Positions 1-7,273 of a stretch of 64,000 nucleotides of DNA are shown here, piece after piece. The number at the start of each line of letters is the position of its first letter. Position 1 is the stretch's first letter. The notes under the pieces are model-generated. The model was not told where the DNA came from. It worked only from the letters and a program-made list of their open reading frames with translations, and did not search any database. Source of the stretch: Synechococcus sp. (GTDB taxonomy: Bacteria > Cyanobacteriota > Cyanobacteriia > PCC-6307 > Cyanobiaceae); NCBI GenBank assembly GCA_047285535.1, contig JBJBDC010000001.1, positions 1,312,136 to 1,376,135 on the forward strand, read 5' to 3'. A program made the translations under genes and the position numbers.

Positions 1-1
1 A

Positions 2-649
2 GCAAAGGATCCTGAACATCTTTTCAAGCATGCCAAATACTTATCTATGGCTACTAATAAATCAGAGCTTCAAGAGCAGGGTGTCAAACAGCTCTTGGAT
101 CATCCACAGCTTCAACCTTTGATAGAGGAACGATTTGCCATCCCGTGGCCCTCACTCGACGAGATGAGTGCAATGCCAAAAGGGAGCCTTGGTTTTTGTA
201 TGCAGCAAAGACAGAGAGGCCTGGGCATTGATCAGCTACCAATACCATTGCCAACAACGGACAAGAAGGAGGATTACGTCATGTACAGGACCTCAATATG
301 TCATGACCTCCACCATCTCGTTCTGGGTCTACCAATCTCGGCAGGTGGAGAAGCATCAGACGCTGCTTACACCTTAATTAAAAAAAGGATGCCACTCCAC
401 TTAGGGTTGTTAACGACTTGGTTAACTCACGGACTCATTGAACCCGAAGAACATCGAATGATCTGGGAAGGAATTTGTTTCGGAGCGAGGGTTGGTTTAG
501 ATGGGCCTTTCTTAGATGCTTATCGTTGGGAAGAAGGATGGGAGCGCCCCTTGGAAGACTGGCGAGCGGAACTTGGTCTTCTTCCTCTCCTGGAAAAGTC
601 TCCTTTTCCAGATGAAGTCCATCGCTGGGAGGCACTTCATCCTGACTGA
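2..649 (+). CDS. Coq4-family protein (5' end probably outside the window)
   Basis: The frame of ORF 47..649 stays open back to position 2. Motifs MPKGSLG, HDLHHLVLG, GE and RWEEGWERPL..WRAELG are typical of Coq4-like proteins. Confidence 0.7.
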   Translation, partial: AKDPEHLFKHAKYLSMATNKSELQEQGVKQLLDHPQLQPLIEERFAIPWPSLDEMSAMPKGSLGFCMQQRQRGLGIDQLPIPLPTTDKKEDYVMYRTSICHDLHHLVLGLPISAGGEASDAAYTLIKKRMPLHLGLLTTWLTHGLIEPEEHRMIWEGICFGARVGLDGPFLDAYRWEEGWERPLEDWRAELGLLPLLEKSPFPDEVHRWEALHPD

Positions 650-838
650 TTCACTCGCGTGAAGACCCAGAGTCAAAGAACTTTATTCTCAACTGCAGCC
701 AATATTGATGCACACTTTCATGAGGGCCTTTAACTTGCTTGTGGTCAACAAGCAATAAAAACCCTTGTCATTGCACGGCTAGAGAATACTTTTTGCTAAT
801 TGTAATCATACTAATTCCGCGCCAATTCACAGCTTCCG

Positions 839-2569
839 TCAGAATCTAAAACTAGTTTTCAATACCCCTCCGAAGTTATTAAATGTACTGCCAGGAACAT
901 TAAGGTCTATACCGGTCACGGCGCCAAGAGGGCGACTTAGGTAGTAGATCGCAGGCGTAATCGTGATGTTATCGGACACCTGAAATGCATACCATAATTC
1001 CCATGCATAATTCCCGTCAGCAATAAAATCACTCCCATTAAATTGATCGGATACGTTCTCCCAACTGGTTACGAAAGTTGGCTGCCCGACGGCTATTCCC
1101 AACGTATTACCTTTCAAGAAAGTATCGGCCCATTCCAGGCCGACGTACCATGATTGAGAAACTGCAGTATTAAAAAACTTAGGGCCAGAACCCTCAACCA
1201 ACTGAGATGTATTCTTTGAAATAATATTACTATAGCCCCATCCAAGACTAATGCTGGGGATCCACGAAGGTTCCTTGGGAGTCCACCATGCGCTTAAGCC
1301 AAATGAATTTGAATTGCCAAATTCGGAAAGCGAATATGCAAATGGAGTGGCCGATCCTCCATAGATACCAGCACCATTTTCGCCTGAAGAATAGTTGTAA
1401 GCAGCAGCTACTCCCCAATTATTGGGTGCATATGCAATTTGAACCGTACCGTTGGACGCTGCTCCGTTAGTCGCAATGCCACCGATGCTGGGGTTGGAAT
1501 TTGCACCCCCATCAAAGGCGTTGGAGTAAGCACCATCGAAGGCATCACCACCAGTCACAACATAGTTTGCACTGATACTAAAGGCATCCTTTTCGAACGA
1601 AAGACCAGCACCTTGCCCCAGGGCGAGGTTATAGGCCTGAGGGGCACCGGCATAGGCAAAGAAGGCAAGAATAGACTCAGTGGTGTAAGCACTAGGCCAT
1701 ACCGCCAGCATTTCGTCCTGACGAACTAAGGCACCTAAAGTAATTGTGAGATTGTCCCTGAATGGGAATTGATAAAAGAGGCGATTGACGCTCAATGAGT
1801 TCGACTTAGAAGGCTCTTGGAATGCAACTTCTAATTCATTAAGACCAACATATGTGTCCTCGCCAAATACAGAATTCGAAAAGTTGCCAGCACGCAGCAT
1901 GGTGCGCAGTAGATCCTTACCCGTGAAGCTGGTGTCTATATAGATCCTCTGATCGTAATTAAAGGTGGTGGCACCAGTTAATGCAGCAGCTTCGTCTGCT
2001 TTAGGCGTTTCAGATGTGCCTAATCTCTTCCATACACCACCAATTTTTTCGAAAAGCTCTTCAGTTCTGCCTTGCTTGGCATCGCCACCAAAGCTGTTCG
2101 CACCAATCACGAAGGTGGCTTGACCTTTCAGCTTGGTGGTGGTGGAGAACTGAGTGGCTTCCAGTTCACCAACACGGGCTTCCAGTCCGTCCACACGGCC
2201 CTTGAGGATGGCGAGTTCCTTCTCGAACTCTTTCATCAGGCGCTTGAGTTCGTCGGTCACTTCGGTGACGCGATCGAGACAGGCGTTCAACAGAGCAGCC
2301 GCTTCAAAGCGGGTCATCGCCCTGTTGCCGCGGTAGGTGCCGTTGGGGTATCCAGCGACGCAGCCGTAACGCTCGATCAGGTTGCTCAGGGCCTGATAGG
2401 CCCAATCCGTGGGGTACACATCAGAAAACTGAGTGATGCTGGTGACTTGTTCACCAGTGGCGGTGTAGTCAGATACACCGTTGATGTTGAGCTCAGTGGC
2501 GTTCGCAGCCATAGGGGCCAGAAGGCCAAGAGCTGCTGGAGCCACCAGCAGTTTGTGGAACAGTTTCAT
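839..2569 (-). CDS. som: Cyanobacterial SLH-domain outer-membrane porin (Som/OprB-type)
   Basis: Signal peptide, FSDVYPTDWAYQAL SLH motif, coiled coil, QFSTTTKLKG and a C-terminal ...TSFRF beta-signal. Confidence 0.93.
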   Translation of the reverse strand: MKLFHKLLVAPAALGLLAPMAANATELNINGVSDYTATGEQVTSITQFSDVYPTDWAYQALSNLIERYGCVAGYPNGTYRGNRAMTRFEAAALLNACLDRVTEVTDELKRLMKEFEKELAILKGRVDGLEARVGELEATQFSTTTKLKGQATFVIGANSFGGDAKQGRTEELFEKIGGVWKRLGTSETPKADEAAALTGATTFNYDQRIYIDTSFTGKDLLRTMLRAGNFSNSVFGEDTYVGLNELEVAFQEPSKSNSLSVNRLFYQFPFRDNLTITLGALVRQDEMLAVWPSAYTTESILAFFAYAGAPQAYNLALGQGAGLSFEKDAFSISANYVVTGGDAFDGAYSNAFDGGANSNPSIGGIATNGAASNGTVQIAYAPNNWGVAAAYNYSSGENGAGIYGGSATPFAYSLSEFGNSNSFGLSAWWTPKEPSWIPSISLGWGYSNIISKNTSQLVEGSGPKFFNTAVSQSWYVGLEWADTFLKGNTLGIAVGQPTFVTSWENVSDQFNGSDFIADGNYAWELWYAFQVSDNITITPAIYYLSRPLGAVTGIDLNVPGSTFNNFGGVLKTSFRF

Positions 2570-2575
2570 TTTCGG

Positions 2576-2584
2576 TCCTCACAC
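2576..2584 (-). promoter_or_regulatory. Putative Yfr1 sRNA target site in the porin 5' UTR
   Basis: The mRNA reads GUGUGAGGA, ending 6 nt before the AUG, and is complementary to the conserved Yfr1 motif ACUCCUCACAC. Confidence 0.6.
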
Positions 2585-2704
2585 CAAAAACTTGCGTTAC
2601 TCAGACGCACTGCTTCGATCCTCAACAGTGCCAACGAACCATCCCGTTTACGCATCCTGCGTGCAATCGATTGGGGTCAGTTTCAGCTTTGCTGCTAATC
2701 GGTA

Positions 2705-2734
2705 GGCACTAAAAACCCCGCTCGTGGCGGGGTT
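2705..2734 (-). terminator. Rho-independent terminator
   Basis: Minus strand reads AACCCCGC-CACGA-GCGGGG-TTTTT, downstream of ORF 2799..3062. Confidence 0.65.
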
Positions 2735-2798
2735 CACATCCATAGATTTGAACTAGACATTCAACTATCTTTCTTCTACTCCCATCCAAATTTAAACT

Positions 2799-3062
2799 TT
2801 AAGAATCCTTCTCTTTGGATAAACGTTTTTTATTAGCGTTCCATTTCTTCTTTTTTCCAAACCACTTTAGTTGCCATTGTCTTGCTCCTGCTTGTGCGCC
2901 AGAGGCTCTTTGTAATCCGGAAAAGACGCGATGCTTTTGCCTTGCCAAGGCGTTGTGTTGAACAAATTCTTGAGTTGCACTGACTCCATTAAAGAAACTT
3001 GAGGCAAGAGTCAAAGACAGGAGAGTGAGCATGCCAATTTTTCTGTAATTTTTAAGGTCCAT
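2799..3062 (-). CDS. Small basic exported hypothetical protein
   Basis: 87-aa ORF with a signal-peptide-like N-terminus, followed by a terminator. Confidence 0.45.
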   Translation of the reverse strand: MDLKNYRKIGMLTLLSLTLASSFFNGVSATQEFVQHNALARQKHRVFSGLQRASGAQAGARQWQLKWFGKKKKWNANKKRLSKEKDS

Positions 3063-3230
3063 GATTCAAGGTGCTGTGGAGTCTTTGCCTCCTGTGAACT
3101 CACCTTCTCAGGACTCAACAGATCACTCGATGACCCAGCTCAACCGTGGCTTTGATGTTGCGTACCAAGACCAATCCATTCGCTTCCCTTGCATTCATCT
3201 TTCCTGCCCTAATCAATGGGCATCCAGCAG

Positions 3231-3359
3231 CTTTGAAGTCACCGTGCTGCAGCGTCACCGCTTCCTCGTGCTCGGCGTTGTCGGTTGGATAGAACCTGCC
3301 AAACCATTGTCTAGGCCTCCTTTGAACCACACCCAAACCTTTGTGCGGGCCTAGCTCAT
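3231..3359 (-). pseudogene. Decayed copy of the 78-aa ORF at 17938..18174
   Basis: Near-identical DNA to 18039-18174. Codon 3 is TAC>TAG, there is a 7-bp deletion and the 3' part is missing. Confidence 0.85.
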
Positions 3360-3524
3360 GCTGATCTCCCGAAGCAGCTGACCCAAGGGGCAGCAGGCAG
3401 TGCAGCATGGTGAATCCAACGAAGACCAGTGGCATGGACCCCAGCATGACTCCGGGGCGGAATCAGCACCCCGACTGCACTTCATTGCTCTGTCAGCTCT
3501 GCTTCATCGTTCGGATCATCGGGC

Positions 3525-4310
3525 ATGCCTCTGTCGCGTGATCGCCCCCACCTCCTTAGGTCCTGGCGTGAGTGGTTAAGAGGGACCCTCGATGCTGCCT
3601 TCATGGATCTGTTGCCATGGCTGTTGATGTCATGGATCGGAGGATCCGGCCGTGTGTTGGTGGGTGCTTGCGTTGGTTTACTGCTCACAGCACTGGCTGT
3701 ACTTCTGCGGGGATTGCCCTGGCGCCTGCTACAGCTTGAGGCCCTGGCCACCGTCACCTTTTTCTTGTTTCTGGTGATGGCCTTGCTAGCTCCAGCCAGT
3801 AGTCAGGACTGGCTGGCTGAGCATGCTGATCAACTCAGTGACAGCCTCTTCATGGCCTTTGTACTGGGGGGAAATCTGCTGGGCCGCCCCTTCACCGAGG
3901 ACTATGCCCGCATGGAACTGCCGGAGCATCTGCTTAGACAGGCTCCTTATCGCAAAACCATGATGGTGTTGGCCTGGGTCTGGTTTGCGGCTTTCGCACT
4001 CCAAAGTGCCATGGGGCTTGTGGCTGATCTGGTCTTTGATCAGCCCGATGAACTCTGGTGGGGATGGCTGCTGCCCCTGGCGGTGATCATGGCCGCAATG
4101 ACGTTCACCGAGCAGTTCACAGCATCGAAACGTCAGCAGAGTCGCTTGTCATGGCGAGCCTGTCTGATCTGGTTTCCGACCTATCTGATCCTTTGTAGCG
4201 TCATGGTCCTGACCACGGGAGCTGGGATCTGGCTGGGAGTTCTGTTACTGGGGTTGGGACTGATCGGCACAGGTCTGCGGTGGCGAAAACCCCAAACAAG
4301 TCAGCACTAA
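3525..4310 (+). CDS. Multi-pass membrane protein
   Basis: About 8 hydrophobic segments and a GRPFTEDYAR motif; true start may be downstream. Confidence 0.75.
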   Translation: MPLSRDRPHLLRSWREWLRGTLDAAFMDLLPWLLMSWIGGSGRVLVGACVGLLLTALAVLLRGLPWRLLQLEALATVTFFLFLVMALLAPASSQDWLAEHADQLSDSLFMAFVLGGNLLGRPFTEDYARMELPEHLLRQAPYRKTMMVLAWVWFAAFALQSAMGLVADLVFDQPDELWWGWLLPLAVIMAAMTFTEQFTASKRQQSRLSWRACLIWFPTYLILCSVMVLTTGAGIWLGVLLLGLGLIGTGLRWRKPQTSQH

Positions 4311-4567
4311 ATCGTCTTAACGGTGTTTTGGTCGGGACTGTTTTTTCAGACCTGCAGATGTGCGGAACTCTCACCCGATCAGCAGGGCTTCACAGAAGCC
4401 AGCCAGCGGGTCAAGCGCTGCACGCCCAAGTGGTGAACTGGCTTCTCGGGTGTAATCAAGATCACATGCTGTGATGATTTAGCGCATCACAAAAGACATA
4501 CATTGCTGCAAAAGTAAAAAAGTCAAAGCAGCAGTGCTTTAAAAATCAACCCATCTCAATTAACATC

Positions 4568-4903
4568 ATGAAATCTTATTCACTAGCAAGCATGCTTTCC
4601 CAGCTCGCAGTTTTGGTGCCTGTGATTGGATCTGGATTCATATTTGCTGCTCCAGTCCAGGTAAATGCTAAAACATATTCGTGTATTTACGGAGAGGCTT
4701 TAAATGATCCGAATTGCACAATATTTGCATTGATTTGCAATGCTAGTGATAAAAATACCGGCACTTCTTTTCCGGGAGGTCAAACTTGCGATATTCCAGA
4801 CAAAGCCAAAGGTCGTGAGATAAATAAGTTGCGCAAGTATTCTCGGCCAACACGTCGAAACACAAGGAGGCTAAAAACCACTGCAAGTACGAGATCTCGA
4901 TAA
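4568..4903 (+). CDS. Small secreted Cys-containing hypothetical protein
   Basis: Signal peptide (VNA-K), 4 Cys, basic tail, followed by a hairpin at ~4932-4948. Confidence 0.55.
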   Translation: MKSYSLASMLSQLAVLVPVIGSGFIFAAPVQVNAKTYSCIYGEALNDPNCTIFALICNASDKNTGTSFPGGQTCDIPDKAKGREINKLRKYSRPTRRNTRRLKTTASTRSR

Positions 4904-5082
4904 GAATTTAAACTGGCATTTTTTACACATACCCCGCTAAATGCGGGGCATGTCTATTGCCTACCTCTAAAAGGGTGGTGAAGGCGCATCCAACATACGA
5001 GTGAAAGTGCATTTGCAGCAGATAGCCATAGGCTCAGACTGATTCGATGGGAACAAAATCTTCTTCGGTGCCATTGTTTAAC

Positions 5083-5106
5083 ACCCCGCAAAAAGCGGGG
5101 TTTTTT
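5083..5106 (+). terminator. Rho-independent terminator
   Basis: CCCCGC-AAAAA-GCGGGG-TTTTTT. Confidence 0.7.
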
Positions 5107-5162
5107 ATTGCCTGCTGAAGAGCAGCAAAGCTGAAACTGCCTTACGTAAACGTGAACGTTTT

Positions 5163-5696
5163 TTACCGGCAGAGCTGAAAGCGAACAATGCTGCGGGTCA
5201 GGCCTTTTTCGGACCAGTTGGGCATCACCCTCCAAGGGGTGTGCACCGTGAGCACGTCGCCGTCGATCGCGAAAAAGCGGGTTTGTTCGGTACCAACCCA
5301 CTCGGGATTCCAAGCTACATCCACCTGTGTGATCCAGCGGTCACTCTCGAGGCGGTAGATGCCGGTGTAGGCGATCATGCTGCTCAGCAGGGCCGAGCGC
5401 TCTTCGGCGTTAGAAGCCGGTTTGCGCACCTCTGCCGAGAGCATGAAGGAGAGACGGCCTTCCGGAGTGAAGATCACATAACCAGTGGGCTGATTGCCCA
5501 TCGGCGCAAACGTGTAGCCGTTGGACTGTTGCTCGACGTCGTAGCTCAACAGCTGCCAGGCGCCAAGAACGGAGGGGGACGTAATGGCTTGAGCGGACTG
5601 AACCGTACTGACGATCACAACTGAACCTATTTCTGTGCGGCAACCTAACGATCGTGGTCCAGCTTCGACAGCCTTAATCGAGGCAATCCTGTGCAA
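5163..5696 (-). CDS. Lipocalin-like domain protein (Lipocalin_5 type)
   Basis: Motifs LGAWQLLSY, G..P.GY..FT.EG, IAYTG.Y and WNPEWVG.EQ.R; start uncertain. Confidence 0.8.
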   Translation of the reverse strand: MHRIASIKAVEAGPRSLGCRTEIGSVVIVSTVQSAQAITSPSVLGAWQLLSYDVEQQSNGYTFAPMGNQPTGYVIFTPEGRLSFMLSAEVRKPASNAEERSALLSSMIAYTGIYRLESDRWITQVDVAWNPEWVGTEQTRFFAIDGDVLTVHTPWRVMPNWSEKGLTRSIVRFQLCR

Positions 5697-5706
5697 TTGA
5701 TGCCAT

Positions 5707-5835
5707 GGAATGGCGATCCGGTAACAACAACAACGAAATCAATCAGCGGGCCCGAGCCCGGAAGGGCGTTGATGTATAGCTATCGATCTCCCGACAAAAC
5801 ATTCACTAGCCTCGCCACTAGAGCGGTTTTTTTAT
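5707..5835 (+). ncRNA. Candidate structured small RNA followed by a terminator
   Basis: Nested pairings GGCGATC/GATCTCC and ATCAA/TTGAT, a GCCC-GGAA-GGGC GNRA hairpin, then a hairpin with a T-run; no ORF. Confidence 0.35.
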
Positions 5836-5841
5836 TGCAGC

Positions 5842-5880
5842 GGGGAATGCTTTAAGCAGTTACCTCTGATCAATGACCCT
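5842..5880 (+). repeat. 39-bp direct repeat, copy 1
   Basis: GGGGAATGCTTTAAGCAGTTACCTCTGATCAATGACCCT, identical to 14172-14210. Confidence 0.95.
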
Positions 5881-6094
5881 CGAAGCACAGATGATGCTGG
5901 CTCTACATCAGGAGCTACTGATAGCGCGACGGGCTAATGACGCTGAGTGCTACAAGGCTTGGTTAGCCCTTAGCAATTAAGAGCTTGGAGGAGATGCGGC
6001 TGGCGAGGTCGAGTCAAATTGGATGGTGCCACTTTTAGTACTAAGGCAGAACAGACGTTTGTTTTCAGAACTGAACAACTCGCGCAGCCTATGA
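5873..6094 (+). pseudogene. Small island hypothetical gene with an in-frame stop
   Basis: Reads MTLEAQMMLALHQELLIARRANDAECYKAWLALSN*ELGGDAAGEVESNWMVPLL...; TAA at 5978-5980. Confidence 0.6.
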
Positions 6095-6124
6095 GCGGGT
6101 CACCTAACAAGCCGCACAACCATC

Positions 6125-6454
6125 ATGCGTGATCGTTACGCCGTCGAACCTGGCAACGAACTCCAAACCGTCACAGTTGGAGCAACCTACATCGGTGATC
6201 TGACCTGTTCTCACAGTCAGCACAAGTTGATCTGCATCAGGCGCACTGCCAAGAGTGTGTAGATGAGCGTTGTCGATGCGCCCTACATCAACGGCAATGG
6301 ATTAATTCAAAGCGACGAAGCATGGCGCGTTCCTCGTCGCTCAAAGATCAAGTGGTCTGAATACAACGGCAAGCTGCAAGAAAGCACGGTTACTGACGGC
6401 TGAATATTCGATGCAGACGGCATTGATAACAGCAACGAGCCAAAGAGCTATTGA
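6125..6454 (+). pseudogene. Phage-like hypothetical gene with two in-frame stops
   Basis: A 110-codon frame MRDRYAVE...RRTAKSV*MSVV...TDG*IFDAD...Y with TAG at 6260 and TGA at 6401, followed by a hairpin at ~6474-6490. Confidence 0.6.
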
Positions 6455-6499
6455 TCAGCCGATAACCATCACCGCCCCCTTCGCGGGGGCTTAATCACC

Positions 6500-6661
6500 A
6501 TGACTGTTACTTCACCGCGCACAATGAAAATAGATGCTCATCTCTGGGCAGAAGTTAAACGAATCGCTGCATTTGGAGATCGATCATCATCGTATGTCGT
6601 GAATCGAATGATTGAAGCCAGCCTGAGTGATGACGCAGACGAATTAACACCTAAAACCTAA
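6500..6661 (+). CDS. Ribbon-helix-helix (Arc/CopG-like) DNA-binding protein, 53 aa
   Basis: MTVTSPRTMKIDAHLWAEVKRIAAFGDRSSSYVVNRMIEASL...: beta-strand, helix, RS, helix pattern; below the ORF-track cutoff. Confidence 0.6.
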   Translation: MTVTSPRTMKIDAHLWAEVKRIAAFGDRSSSYVVNRMIEASLSDDADELTPKT

Positions 6662-6684
6662 AAACCATTCAAGGAATCAGTATC

Positions 6685-6908
6685 ATGGCACGTAAGAAAA
6701 TATCACCAGAAACACTGCATCAATTCATTAGGAGCACTTAATTCCTGATACTGCTCAGGGTTACGAAACTGTTTGTCAATTCACTGAAGAATATGAATTA
6801 AGTGCAGGCGCAATTTCTAATCTATTAGCAGCAAAGAAACATCTTCAAAACGCAATGGCATACGCCAAAGCTTGTGAAGTCATCGTAGATTATGAGGTAG
6901 AAGACTGA
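6685..6908 (+). pseudogene. Frameshifted small hypothetical gene
   Basis: MARKKISPETLHQFI continues in another frame as EHLIPDTAQGYE...DYEVED*. Confidence 0.45.
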
Positions 6909-7273
6909 TGAATCTACAACGGCATCTGTTCTAGTAGGCATCTGAGGGGTATCCTGATGGGGCCCCTGAAGGAATCAACCGCTATTGATTTTGGCATCAA
7001 GTGATTCAACCGTAATGCCGTTGAATTACGCACATTTCAAACGCATGGCTTGAGCAAGACATTGTTGATGAATCATGCTTTGAACTGGGATTCACTTAGG
7101 AAGGTGTTGTCCTTGTAAGCAGGCATGATTGCTCCACAAGAAAGGCGATGACCTAAAAGGAAATAGCTAGGGATAGGCAAAGCCCAACACAAACATACAA
7201 GATAAACTTTTGTAACAGCTACCTGATGCCCATCAACTTAATGCCAAAAGTATAAGCACTTAAGTTCAACAAC

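Noticed and set aside
3061..3447. ORFs 3061..3354 (+) and 3115..3447 (-)
   Set aside because: They overlap the pseudogene copy of the 78-aa gene; similarity arises only from that relic.
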